Shown here in pieces: positions 8,974-18,369 of a stretch of 64,000 nucleotides of DNA; the first letter of the stretch is position 1, and every line of letters begins with the position of its first letter. The notes below the pieces were generated by a model. It had not been told where the DNA came from. It saw only the letters and a program-made list of their open reading frames with translations, and ran no database searches. The stretch comes from a virus (Duplodnaviria; Caudoviricetes), in the IMG/VR virus record IMGVR_UViG_3300025674_000014, one strand, 5' to 3'. The position numbers and the translations under genes are program-made.

Positions 8974-9375
8974 TTAGATATATCCTAAAAGATATTTTCT
9001 TCTTCTATTAGGACCAACTGCAATATTCTGACCAGATAATGCATCGTGAGTTGCATTACCGTTGGTAATAGTGAATGGAATACCATAATTGTCAGTTGTA
9101 ACTAAGTAAATTGTGCTGCCTCCTGGTAATGCAGTACTAACAACTGTATCATCTGATCCTAATAAACCGTCTGAAATAGTAATAGTACTTAAAGAATAGT
9201 AAGTTGTTGCATTATCAAATAATACACCTACAACTTGATGACCATCCCAAGTACCAGCTTCATGCAATCCCATAATAGGGTCAGTACCGTTGAAAGCTGA
9301 TAAACTGTAATTAGGTGCTGGGGGAGGCGTAATCTGTGTAGTATCGTAAACTCCGTTGTTTAATCCTGTTGCCAT
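8974..9375 (-). CDS. hypothetical late protein downstream of the major capsid gene (candidate capsid decoration)
   Basis: 133-aa T/G/S/N-rich ORF with its own AATAAATA motif; the decoration role is inferred from position only. Confidence 0.6.
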   Translation of the reverse strand: MATGLNNGVYDTTQITPPPAPNYSLSAFNGTDPIMGLHEAGTWDGHQVVGVLFDNATTYYSLSTITISDGLLGSDDTVVSTALPGGSTIYLVTTDNYGIPFTITNGNATHDALSGQNIAVGPNRRRKYLLGYI

Positions 9376-9380
9376 GTATA

Positions 9381-9388
9381 TATTTATT
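9381..9388 (-). promoter_or_regulatory. T4-late-like promoter motif AATAAATA
   Basis: Ends 5 nt before the ATG at 9375, directly downstream of the gp23 terminator. Confidence 0.6.
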
Positions 9389-9397
9389 GCTCTCCAT

Positions 9398-9425
9398 AAA
9401 AAAAGCCCGACCTTTCGGCCGGGCT
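9398..9425 (-). terminator. Rho-independent terminator after gp23
   Basis: Minus strand AGCCCGGCC-GAAA-GGTCGGGCT followed by TTTTTTT. Confidence 0.9.
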
Positions 9426-9449
9426 GTGATTAATAACTGTAAATTTCGA

Positions 9450-10991
9450 TTAGAAGTATACAGCCTGAGAACCTGGTGTGAAGGCCTCACCAAGATTCTT
9501 AACAATGATAACGTGGTAGTACAAGTTAGCACCGAAGATGTTGTCAACAACACCGTAACGGGTTAACAAGCCAACACGTGGCGAGAAGTCGTTAGGACCA
9601 ATCGTTCTCTGAACCATAACAGGAATGTATGGACAGTAGATAATACCAGTGTCATAGAATTCAGGGCCTTTGTAACCAAGCAATGCATACTCAACGCGAG
9701 AGGTACGAGCACCGGAAGGTGTATAAGTACCTTGATCAGGCTGAGTGATATAACCTGCATTGTTTTCGTACTGAGCTTCTGTGCGGGTGTCACGGTAAAC
9801 GTTGAAACGACCGCCGAGGTTACCAACTTTGGCAACACCAACAGGCTGGGTGTTAACGTTACCCTGAACGGGTACCCACTGGAACTCAGGCAACATCTCG
9901 AGGATAGCTGCAACTCTAGGTGTACAAACGATGAAGTTAGCAGCACCACGTCTGTTACGAATAGCAATTCTATTTGCTTCAATAATGATTCTCTGGTAGA
10001 AGTCTCTGTTACGCTCAACTAACCAGCGACCGTCAGCAGACTGAGGAGCCCAGATGGAATAACCGTTTCCGGATCCATTATCAAGAGCAACCTGAACCAT
10101 ACGCATCAACATTTCACGATCTATCTCAGCCTGCAACTCGTAAGACATTGCATTGGTGAGTTCGGTATCGATGTCAATACCATTCATGTTCTTAAGGTCC
10201 TGCTCGAGCTCAACAGACCAACGAGCGGCCAAACGACGTGTACCAGCTTCAACAGCTGTCTTCTCAAAGCTAACAACGACCTGAGGAATACGTCCGGTCA
10301 ACTCAAAGTTAGCAAGAAGTTTTGCAACACCTTCGTCCTGATTGACGAATGGGAAGTCTGAACCAGCACCTAAACCAGACAATTTTTCGGAAGATGTACC
10401 AGTGAAACGTGTATCTAAGAACTGATAACCTAATTCCTTACCATCGGCATTGGATCCAGAACCGGAACCTCTACCAGAAGCAGGGTTGTTAGCAGTGTTT
10501 TCAGCAGTACCATAAGTACCCTGACCGATACCGTCAATACCATTACCAAGAGCGTCTGTCTCGTACTTATAACGCAAAGCAAATGCTAAGCCAACGGGAC
10601 CACTCATAGGCTGAACACCAACGATTTCGTTAGTAATCAACTCAGGGAAGGTACGACGAATCATAGGAATAAGAATCTTAGGCAAACGGAAGTCACCGGT
10701 TGCGTATGTGTCACCCTGACTGTAAGAGTTAGGGATCTGATTACCATACTGACCGATGTTAACACTACCATTGCTAAGAGCAGATCCTGTTCCGCCTGCA
10801 AAGTTACCATTCTCGTTTAAACACCATGCCTCTTGGTTTTCCAAGAGCATAGCCGTACTCAGACGCTGATGGTCGTCTGTGATTTCTTTGACATTATCAG
10901 ATTTGTAGTCCAATACAGGACCCCATTTTTCTAACAATGCTTTAGCCCTATTCTGATCGATATAGGCTTCTGAGGGTTTAATAGTATTCAT
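9450..10991 (-). CDS. gp23: T4-like major capsid protein (start likely ATG 10991, MNTIKP)
   Basis: LLEKWGPVLD, LIPMIRRTFPELITNEIVGVQPMSGPVGLAFALRY, AVEAGTRRLAARWSVELEQDLKNMNGIDID, YCPYIP, GLLTRYG. Confidence 0.97.
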   Translation of the reverse strand: MNTIKPSEAYIDQNRAKALLEKWGPVLDYKSDNVKEITDDHQRLSTAMLLENQEAWCLNENGNFAGGTGSALSNGSVNIGQYGNQIPNSYSQGDTYATGDFRLPKILIPMIRRTFPELITNEIVGVQPMSGPVGLAFALRYKYETDALGNGIDGIGQGTYGTAENTANNPASGRGSGSGSNADGKELGYQFLDTRFTGTSSEKLSGLGAGSDFPFVNQDEGVAKLLANFELTGRIPQVVVSFEKTAVEAGTRRLAARWSVELEQDLKNMNGIDIDTELTNAMSYELQAEIDREMLMRMVQVALDNGSGNGYSIWAPQSADGRWLVERNRDFYQRIIIEANRIAIRNRRGAANFIVCTPRVAAILEMLPEFQWVPVQGNVNTQPVGVAKVGNLGGRFNVYRDTRTEAQYENNAGYITQPDQGTYTPSGARTSRVEYALLGYKGPEFYDTGIIYCPYIPVMVQRTIGPNDFSPRVGLLTRYGVVDNIFGANLYYHVIIVKNLGEAFTPGSQAVYF

Positions 10992-11068
10992 AGTTTTATG
11001 TATACGGGTTTGTAAGCACTCTACCAAGAGCGCTGGAAATTCTTATAAAAGGGTATCTATCAATGAGA

Positions 11069-11947
11069 TTAATACTTACCGAGCTCGCCTAAGTAAGCGT
11101 TAAAGTAAGGATTCTCAGATTTCTTAGACTGTTGTTTTGCAGACTCACTAATAACTTGGGTAGGTCTGTCAACGTCCTTAGAAACGGAATTCTGTCTTTT
11201 TGCTTGCTCATGCAAAACTTCAAGATGCTCTTCATGATTTTTATCAAACATCTTCAATGTATAATCAAAGTTCTCATTAATAAATTTGGCAGATTTGCCA
11301 GAGAGGACTTTCTTACAAAATGCAGCTTTGTCTTCAGATAATTCGAGGCACTTTCTTTCAAGTGTCAACTGAGACTTAAGTCTAGCATTTTCTTTAGCTA
11401 ATTTTTCAGCAGCAGAGCTGATTTCATTAACTTTAGCAGTGGATTCGTCAATTCTAGCCTTACCATCAACGATTGCATCTTTAATTGCATTCTTCTGTAA
11501 AGCAGCATCAACTGCAAGTACACCACGTAACTCAGATAGCATTTTAGCTGATCTCTTATTCTTAACTGCCTCATTAATACTTTTCTGAGGAACAAGTTTC
11601 TCAAGATAGATATCAAGGTATTTGCTTACCTTATTAACGATATCGCTCTTAAATTCAGAAGCTTCTTGTGTAAGAGCTTTGCTGTATTTCTCAACCACTG
11701 CAATCATTTTTTCGGAGTGGTTCTTATCAATTGCTTCGACAACTTTGTCTAGCTTCTTAGAGTGGTCAATATCAATGGCTTCAAGCAAATGCTCAAGCTT
11801 GTTAGCATATTCGTCATCCTGTTTGACGAGAGCAGCCTCAACATGAAGCTGAACCTTCTTGTTAAACGCTTCTTCAATCTGCTGCAATGTTTCCTCAGTG
11901 AGGATGTCTTGAGCTTTTTCTTGGAGTATATCTTTGATGTTTTCCAT
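11069..11947 (-). CDS. gp22: prohead core scaffold protein
   Basis: Coiled-coil charged protein immediately upstream of gp23; EAFNKKV, KVSKYLDIYLE and acidic C-terminus ending NAYLGELGKY fit gp22-like scaffolds. Confidence 0.8.
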   Translation of the reverse strand: MENIKDILQEKAQDILTEETLQQIEEAFNKKVQLHVEAALVKQDDEYANKLEHLLEAIDIDHSKKLDKVVEAIDKNHSEKMIAVVEKYSKALTQEASEFKSDIVNKVSKYLDIYLEKLVPQKSINEAVKNKRSAKMLSELRGVLAVDAALQKNAIKDAIVDGKARIDESTAKVNEISSAAEKLAKENARLKSQLTLERKCLELSEDKAAFCKKVLSGKSAKFINENFDYTLKMFDKNHEEHLEVLHEQAKRQNSVSKDVDRPTQVISESAKQQSKKSENPYFNAYLGELGKY

Positions 11948-11948
11948 A

Positions 11949-12095
11949 TTAAAATAGTTTCTTTTTAGAAGCTTTATTGATCTTGTGCTTCATTTTGTCT
12001 TCTACAACAGATCGTAAATTATCATGAGCATTTTTATATTCGCCATTGATAATATTCTTTACAAAATTTTTAATTTCTTTACGCTGTTGAATCAT
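11949..12095 (-). CDS. small prohead-core-like protein (48 aa; missing from ORF track)
   Basis: MIQQRKEIKNFVKNIINGEYKNAHDNLRSVVEDKMKHKINKASKKKLF* fills the gp21-gp22 gap exactly, stopping 1 nt before the gp22 ATG. Confidence 0.7.
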   Translation of the reverse strand: MIQQRKEIKNFVKNIINGEYKNAHDNLRSVVEDKMKHKINKASKKKLF

Positions 12096-12120
12096 AAGAT
12101 TTATATCTAATATTTATGCT

Positions 12121-12795
12121 TTACCGTCCAATTTTATCTAAAAAGTCAATAATTTGGTCTCTTAAATAATCATTCAATTCTTTTTTAGGTAAAGTTTTAA
12201 TACTTTCTTCGAATGTATCATAAGATTCTTCCCATCTTCCATCCTTAGCTAACACAAATTGCTTAGATTCTAATATACCATTTACGAATGCTTTTGGGCA
12301 AGAAGGATCGGATACACAATCAACTGCAACCAATCTCATTTCAGAAACTCTACTAACACCGGGTCTGGTTTTTTCTTCAGATAATTGACCTAATGCCCTT
12401 GAGCTCATACCGACTTTTACACCGTCATTGATTAAACTCTTAACGATTTGACCACATGGAGTAGAAAGTACTTTTGACTTACCATAGAACATATTACCTT
12501 CTGACCATAAGTCAGTTACCATATGGCAAGCACGTTCTAGGTCAACTTCAGCAGATGTTGGATGGTTTAATTCACCCATACTTCTGTTCTCATTAACCAT
12601 TTCTCTCATATAACGATCAACTTCACGTTGTAGTTCGTCTCTGGGATAGAATCGTTTGTTACGGTTAACGTCTTCAGCCATCATGTAAGGGCCTTTGATA
12701 TAAAGCGTTTGACCTGAGCCAGTGCTTTTCTCTTCGACGATGTACTCAAAAGCCTCTTTAGGCGCCGGATTTTCAACTAATAATCTGAAAGACAT
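12121..12795 (-). CDS. gp21: prohead core protease
   Basis: LYIKGPYM..EDVNRNKRFYP, SMGELNHP, GMSSRALG, VDCVSDPS..AFVNGILE. Confidence 0.95.
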   Translation of the reverse strand: MSFRLLVENPAPKEAFEYIVEEKSTGSGQTLYIKGPYMMAEDVNRNKRFYPRDELQREVDRYMREMVNENRSMGELNHPTSAEVDLERACHMVTDLWSEGNMFYGKSKVLSTPCGQIVKSLINDGVKVGMSSRALGQLSEEKTRPGVSRVSEMRLVAVDCVSDPSCPKAFVNGILESKQFVLAKDGRWEESYDTFEESIKTLPKKELNDYLRDQIIDFLDKIGR

Positions 12796-12797
12796 CT

Positions 12798-12812
12798 TAT
12801 TTATTATTTATA
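12798..12812 (-). promoter_or_regulatory. tandem T4-late-like promoter motifs (TATAAATA + AATAAATA)
   Basis: Minus strand TATAAATAATAAATAAG-ATG; a perfect T4 consensus TATAAATA lies at 12805-12812. Confidence 0.65.
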
Positions 12813-12828
12813 CTATAATTTAATTTTT

Positions 12829-13263
12829 TCAGCAATTAAGCTCTTTTTCTGTAAGTATTTTGAACTCAATACCTTTTTTCTTAGCCCATTTTTCTGCTGC
12901 TTCCCACTTAGCTTGATTAACAACCCACGTTTTTTGCTCGTAAAGCATTGTGCTTTTACGTTTATATTTTTTAGGTTGTGGAGCCTTGACTTGTGAGGAG
13001 GGTTTTATTTCAATTAGGTAAGTTTTGGTACCTGTTGATTCTTTTATAGATATAAGACCATCAACGAAATAACGGTGAATCCTACCATCTAATGGGCTTT
13101 GATAAGGGATAATTACACCTTCACTGTTCCATGCAACAATGTTTGGATTACAGTCGCACCAACGGAAAAATTTTAACTCCCACCCTGATCTGTAAACTGG
13201 TAAGGACTTTCCTTTATATTTTTCCCTCAGTTTTGGTCTAAAAACTCCTTGTTTAAAAGGCAT
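12829..13263 (-). CDS. gp4: head completion protein (TnsA-like endonuclease fold)
   Basis: FKQGVFRPKLREKYKG...YRSGWELKFFRWCDCNPNIVAWNSE...IPYQSPLDGRIHRYFVD...IEIKP...NQAKWEAA. Confidence 0.92.
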   Translation of the reverse strand: MPFKQGVFRPKLREKYKGKSLPVYRSGWELKFFRWCDCNPNIVAWNSEGVIIPYQSPLDGRIHRYFVDGLISIKESTGTKTYLIEIKPSSQVKAPQPKKYKRKSTMLYEQKTWVVNQAKWEAAEKWAKKKGIEFKILTEKELNC

Positions 13264-13268
13264 ATTTT

Positions 13269-13274
13269 TATTTA
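13269..13274 (-). promoter_or_regulatory. TAAATA late-promoter motif before gp4
   Basis: Ends 5 nt before the ATG at 13263. Confidence 0.5.
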
Positions 13275-13277
13275 AAA

Positions 13278-14339
13278 CTATCCAATCAAGAACAAGGTCG
13301 GTTCAGCATCACCCATACCTGGAGACGCTCCAGTATAAAGTTGCTCTTCTAATTTTTCTTTTTCAGTACGACCTTCTTCTAATAGATCATAATTGAGAAC
13401 ACCGCCTCCAAACAGCTGAACATTACCATATTTACCTCTTACCCTACCAACTACAATTTTGGATAACGCAAGAGCGTATTGGTAAACCCATTCTTCTTTT
13501 ATGACCCACGCTATAGGTTTTTCGACATAACATTCTAAAGTACCCCAAAACTGTTCATCTTTTGGTTCTGGGTACATTTGCATCATTTGAGTACGATCAT
13601 TAAAGTTTATAGCTTTTCTCAATGCTAACATTTTCTCTCTCGTATCAAGCCAATTCTTAAGAGTGTACCAACTTATAAGATCAAATCCATAATTACCCAT
13701 TGAGTAACTGAAGTATGTTTGTTGAGCTAAAGTTTGTTCAATTGTGAATAAAGTGTTAACACCATCAGAGGAACCTACTTCAAATCCGCGAACTGAAACA
13801 ACTTTTCTATAATCATCTAAAAGATAATCATAAGCTTGATTTAACTCTAATTGATTAGGTTTTAAATTATCACCAACTTGATAAATGTATGGGTTGGCTG
13901 CTTCACCAATTACCATTTTACTCAAACTATATAATGGAGCAAATTGTTTACCGCATTTTTCTTCGTATCTGAAATTGAAATTAGGGTTTAATTTTTGAGC
14001 TTCTGTTGTGGCAATTTTTGTTTTGTAATCGGAAAAATCTGAATCTCTTCTAGCAGAAAATAAAACATCCATTCTTATACCCTTACCTCTTTCATATAAG
14101 TCGGAGTTAAAAATAATATATTCTCTAGTATAACCAGCAAACTTTGTAAACATTTCAACAGCTATACTAATGTTTTCATAAAGCTGATCTTGATGAATTT
14201 CAACGTTAATTAATGGAGCTCCTAAAGATCTTGAAATACGTTCCCCTAATCTACTATAACCGCAAATAACATTGTTAAGGTTAGTAGAGTAAAAAGAACT
14301 CAAGGGCATTGCTTGACTGCAGTCGATTACGGTTGCCAT
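13278..14339 (-). CDS. gp13: neck / head-tail adaptor protein
   Basis: RISRSLGAPLINVEIHQDQLYENISIAVEMF matches the T4 gp13 N-terminal motif; WVYQYALALSKIVVGRVRGKY...GGGVLN C-terminus. Confidence 0.88.
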   Translation of the reverse strand: MATVIDCSQAMPLSSFYSTNLNNVICGYSRLGERISRSLGAPLINVEIHQDQLYENISIAVEMFTKFAGYTREYIIFNSDLYERGKGIRMDVLFSARRDSDFSDYKTKIATTEAQKLNPNFNFRYEEKCGKQFAPLYSLSKMVIGEAANPYIYQVGDNLKPNQLELNQAYDYLLDDYRKVVSVRGFEVGSSDGVNTLFTIEQTLAQQTYFSYSMGNYGFDLISWYTLKNWLDTREKMLALRKAINFNDRTQMMQMYPEPKDEQFWGTLECYVEKPIAWVIKEEWVYQYALALSKIVVGRVRGKYGNVQLFGGGVLNYDLLEEGRTEKEKLEEQLYTGASPGMGDAEPTLFLIG

Positions 14340-14344
14340 AGAAA

Positions 14345-14350
14345 TATTTA
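14345..14350 (-). promoter_or_regulatory. TAAATA late-promoter motif before gp13
   Basis: Ends 5 nt before the ATG at 14339; overlaps the upstream stop codon. Confidence 0.5.
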
Positions 14351-15253
14351 AGCAAACGACTCTATTGTTACTGACACGGTATGAGTTTCTCTATCAGTAT
14401 CTGGGCAATAAACAGTTATCGGTAGTTTGTTAATTTTTTTATTCTCACCATCAATTTCTATTGCCATATTAGTATTGGTTCTATTTTGATATTCTGAATC
14501 TGTACCAGGTGCAAAATAACTACGCATAGGAAAAACTAAAGTATTATCTTTTACAGTTTGATTTTTCCATAAGTATGAATTAACGTCATCTCGGCTAGGG
14601 TTAGTACCTATCATAGCAGTACCTAAAATTTTAGTATTATTTTTACCGTCCCAGTAAATTATAAATTTAAAATACGATACATTTTCTGCACTTTTAGAAC
14701 CATCACATCTACTATGTCTATAAGTTATTATAGATTTAGAATAGTTAAATGTTTTATTAAAAAGTAACCCCCAATCACCCATAACCCTGGATGAACTTTT
14801 TGATGATATTAATACTACCTTATTAGTAATTATATTATTTATTGTAGAAGCAATAGGGGTAGTATTTTGAAAATACCCATTATTTTGATTTCTTGCATAA
14901 TAAGGGCCAATAGACATTGCAATTGAACCTATAAATGTATCAACCTCTGATTCTACTCTATTTTTAGGTGCAATAGCTATAACATTACCATAATTATCAA
15001 AAGTTACACTTTCAATTTCGCTTTTTATTTTCTTTGAAAGAGAAACTGATGAATTTGTATTGTTGAAATTTATATATGTATTATTAAAAGGTATATCAAA
15101 AATAGAAGTTGAATAATTTTTTAGATAACCAACTAAAGATTCAGTATTAAGATTATAATTAAAATCCTTTGGAGCAGTACCAATAAAAAGATCATTATAT
15201 GAAATTTGATCTTTACTAGCAGAAAGTAATTGTGTAATACTATTTTTTGGCAT
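14348..15253 (-). CDS. hypothetical virion protein, paralog of 15253-16221
   Basis: Shares IPFN..IN, FDxYG.V, DW..LFNKT, IYW...K..GT and I.ID...KKI..LPI with the neighbouring ORF. Confidence 0.7.
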   Translation of the reverse strand: MPKNSITQLLSASKDQISYNDLFIGTAPKDFNYNLNTESLVGYLKNYSTSIFDIPFNNTYINFNNTNSSVSLSKKIKSEIESVTFDNYGNVIAIAPKNRVESEVDTFIGSIAMSIGPYYARNQNNGYFQNTTPIASTINNIITNKVVLISSKSSSRVMGDWGLLFNKTFNYSKSIITYRHSRCDGSKSAENVSYFKFIIYWDGKNNTKILGTAMIGTNPSRDDVNSYLWKNQTVKDNTLVFPMRSYFAPGTDSEYQNRTNTNMAIEIDGENKKINKLPITVYCPDTDRETHTVSVTIESFA

Positions 15254-16221
15254 TAGTAATAGTTAGTTAATATTAAACTTACATTAGTATTATTATTAGA
15301 ATAGGCGGAACCATTTTTATTTGTACCAATTGGTAACCCTAAAATCTTTTTACTTGCATTATCTATTATAATTTTAGGCGTTGCAACATTAGTTGAATTT
15401 GTTTGAGTTAACGTACCTAAAATTGTTTGTGTACCTGAAGTTAAACTTTGACTAAAAATAACCGAAAAATTTAAATTTGCATAACCGGCTAACATACCTG
15501 TACCTATTACTTTATTTTCACTCCAATATATAAAAATATTAAAATTACTTACTATTAATGGAGATACAGATTTATCTATACCTTGGGTCATTTCTATTTT
15601 AGTAGTAACTACATTTTCATAAGTTTTGTTAAACAAATATGTCCAATCGTAATCGTTTTGCCTTCCATCACTATAGCTTATTTTTTGAGCATTTTGAGCT
15701 GCGCCGCTACCTACTTTAGGGTTCCAGTAACTGTATTGATTGAAATAACCGGCGTTATTATCACCGACCCCTACCGTATTACCTGTTAAACTTGCTGGTT
15801 GAGGGTTGTTAAAATTTTCTGTAATTCTAGTTTTATACCAAGTAGCAGCTGAACCGGAAGCCATTAAAATATCCTCAGAAGCATTTGGCTCTGTATCACT
15901 AGTATAATCATACACTCTACCATATTGGTCAAATTTAAATGCAGCAACATCAGCTAAATTAACTGTTTGACCAGCTACTTTAGATGAAATTGGTATTTTA
16001 TCTCCGTTAATATAAGCATCAGGATTTATAAATTGTGTGTTAAATGGAATAGGAAATAAATTAGTATACTCTTTTAAATACTTACCAAACTCATCAAATG
16101 TTACATTTTTGTTGATATTTTCAACGTCAGTTTCGTCGACATCAACAAACGTAAGTACATCGGTTGGCTCGATTTGATCAGCGTTCGCATAATTTAATTC
16201 TGATATTTTTTTATTGGCCAT
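15253..16221 (-). CDS. hypothetical virion / fibre-like protein
   Basis: N-terminal MANKKISEL...D.L.FVD motif typical of phage fibre attachment regions; FDQYGRV motif; preceded by TAAATA. Confidence 0.7.
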   Translation of the reverse strand: MANKKISELNYANADQIEPTDVLTFVDVDETDVENINKNVTFDEFGKYLKEYTNLFPIPFNTQFINPDAYINGDKIPISSKVAGQTVNLADVAAFKFDQYGRVYDYTSDTEPNASEDILMASGSAATWYKTRITENFNNPQPASLTGNTVGVGDNNAGYFNQYSYWNPKVGSGAAQNAQKISYSDGRQNDYDWTYLFNKTYENVVTTKIEMTQGIDKSVSPLIVSNFNIFIYWSENKVIGTGMLAGYANLNFSVIFSQSLTSGTQTILGTLTQTNSTNVATPKIIIDNASKKILGLPIGTNKNGSAYSNNNTNVSLILTNYY

Positions 16222-16227
16222 TTATAT

Positions 16228-16233
16228 TATTTA
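16228..16233 (-). promoter_or_regulatory. TAAATA late-promoter motif
   Basis: Ends 6 nt before the ATG at 16221. Confidence 0.5.
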
Positions 16234-18369
16234 ATTAACGGTTTCTGATATAACAGCAAACTCTTGAATAAGATAATCTCTATCATCTTCACTATCTTCT
16301 AAAACAAAATGAGAGTCAATAATAGATGGCCATGTTTCTAACATTATACCATTATTATCAGATGCAAGATATATTGTCTGTCTTGGAGGTTGTTCAACAT
16401 TAGATTGAAATAATTTTAATAATAAACTTTGTAATTTATATACTTCACCTAAAACTCTATTTACAACAGCTCTAGAAAATATTTCATTAGTACCAATATA
16501 ATTATTCATACTAGTTTGATAACCGGTAATGTTTAAATCATCTTCGGAAAAATATGTAACACCGGTAAATTCAAAACTTTCATCCCTTAGTAATTTAGAA
16601 TTTATTTTTCTATAGATAAAGTTTCTTAGTTGTAGAGTATTCTTTAAAATTTTGTTAATAGACTTATTATAAGCAAAACTAGAAGCAAATTCTTCTTTCT
16701 TAAGATGTAATTCATCTTTGCTAAAAATTTGAAAGTTATAATCAGATAACAAATTAAAATAAAATTCATCTTCTTCAAATACAAATATTATACCTCTTCC
16801 ATTATTATTACTATAAGCATAAATTACATCTTTATTATCTACAGTCTCTATAAGGTTAAAAAATTTATAACTAATATCAGAACTAGTAATGTTATAATTT
16901 GATAGATTAAATTTACCTATGATAACTTCTGTATCAGTAAAATATTTGTATATATTTTTTCTAGTTAATGCATAAAAGTTATTATTAATAGGAGATATTA
17001 TTAAATCTAAAAATTCATCAGTATTATTAACTGATATATCTTTTTGTCTTAATAAATTTAGATCAAAATCAAATACTAATAATGTACCATTAGCAGTTAA
17101 CCAATAAAAATTATCATTAAAAATCTTAATTGCAACAGGAGGGTAAATTTTATAAGTAGCTGCTTTTCTCAAATTTTTAACAAACCCTAAATCTTTATCA
17201 TAAACTTTAATACATTCATTACCTTGATCTAAAACATAAAGATTGTTTTTGTAAAAATCTAAAATTTTCGGTTTATCGAATGAATAATTACTTCTTACTT
17301 CCCCTTCACCGCCTATGATTTCAGTTTCGTAATATTTGTTATTTCTATGATCGTCATGAGTAGTAAAACCAGATATGTTTAGTCTAACAACGTTATTTCT
17401 ACTTTCATCTGATATGTATAAACTATCTTGATAAACTGCTGATCCATTTATCTTTAAGAAGTTAAGTTTATTATTTTCACCATACGTATCAGTATAACCA
17501 GCAAATACAAATTCATTAGTAGTTGTGTTGGAACTCAATGATTGTATTCTAGTATCAGAACATAAAAATATATTTTTAAATCCAGGTAAGTTAGCTCTAC
17601 TTAAACTTAAATTATTTGCCTGGTCAAAGTTAGAAGGGTTATTTTTTACTTTACTCGGGGATGTACTGTTGTTGGTAAAAACTATTGGGCTTTCTCCTTG
17701 TATTACCGTGCAAACAATATTATCGCCAAATAAATGAGTGTAAGTATCTGTAGATCTATTACCGAAAAAGGTACCTCCATTTTCTCTAGTCGAAAAAACT
17801 AATTCAAATTTAGACTCATTGTAAGAGGCTAATAAATTTTGTTCTATTAAAATTTCAACAACTCTTTTAGATGATAGATCATCACCGTTATACTCACCAG
17901 ATAAATCTATAATATAATTTACCCCTACAGGTAAAAAGTCTACTTCAGGGTTATAAACATTATTATATGTAAAAATTATATTGATAGTAGTACCGTCATA
18001 ATTAGTCAAATAAAAATAAGGTATTAAATTTGCTATTACATTACCATCACTATCAAATTTCAATCCAGATCTAAAAAAATTACCTTTTAAGTAAACAGAC
18101 ATTACTTTACCTAAATTATTATTTTCACTACTACCTAACCAACCTTTATAATTTTTTGGTAAGTCGGGATTTGCAAATTTAGAAACAGAGTAAAGATACA
18201 TTAAGTTAGATTGTAAAAAATCTAAACTTTTATTAAAATTAAATCCGTTAGCTAATTCATTTACCCCAAGTTCGACATCTTTTAATTGATAAGGTAAATC
18301 AATAATAGAACTTAAACTTCTATTAAACGAATAATTATAATTTTCAAATTCTGTTGAAATATTAATCAT
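16231..18369 (-). CDS. virion structural protein with NHL/beta-propeller-like repeats
   Basis: LYISDESRNNVVRL and IGGEG...FDKPKILDFYKNNLYVLDQGNECIKVYD are NHL-like; acidic C-terminal LE...LE motif. Confidence 0.6.
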   Translation of the reverse strand: MINISTEFENYNYSFNRSLSSIIDLPYQLKDVELGVNELANGFNFNKSLDFLQSNLMYLYSVSKFANPDLPKNYKGWLGSSENNNLGKVMSVYLKGNFFRSGLKFDSDGNVIANLIPYFYLTNYDGTTINIIFTYNNVYNPEVDFLPVGVNYIIDLSGEYNGDDLSSKRVVEILIEQNLLASYNESKFELVFSTRENGGTFFGNRSTDTYTHLFGDNIVCTVIQGESPIVFTNNSTSPSKVKNNPSNFDQANNLSLSRANLPGFKNIFLCSDTRIQSLSSNTTTNEFVFAGYTDTYGENNKLNFLKINGSAVYQDSLYISDESRNNVVRLNISGFTTHDDHRNNKYYETEIIGGEGEVRSNYSFDKPKILDFYKNNLYVLDQGNECIKVYDKDLGFVKNLRKAATYKIYPPVAIKIFNDNFYWLTANGTLLVFDFDLNLLRQKDISVNNTDEFLDLIISPINNNFYALTRKNIYKYFTDTEVIIGKFNLSNYNITSSDISYKFFNLIETVDNKDVIYAYSNNNGRGIIFVFEEDEFYFNLLSDYNFQIFSKDELHLKKEEFASSFAYNKSINKILKNTLQLRNFIYRKINSKLLRDESFEFTGVTYFSEDDLNITGYQTSMNNYIGTNEIFSRAVVNRVLGEVYKLQSLLLKLFQSNVEQPPRQTIYLASDNNGIMLETWPSIIDSHFVLEDSEDDRDYLIQEFAVISETVN

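Noticed and set aside
10992-11027. Extended gp23 N-terminus from TTG at 11027
   Set aside because: MVECLQTRIHKT is not gp23-like and the TTG sits within a hairpin; ATG 10991 gives a typical N-terminus.
12829-13263. gp4 as a mobile or homing endonuclease
   Set aside because: The TnsA-like fold is the known fold of T4 gp4 head-completion proteins; there are no mobile-element ends or intron/intein context.
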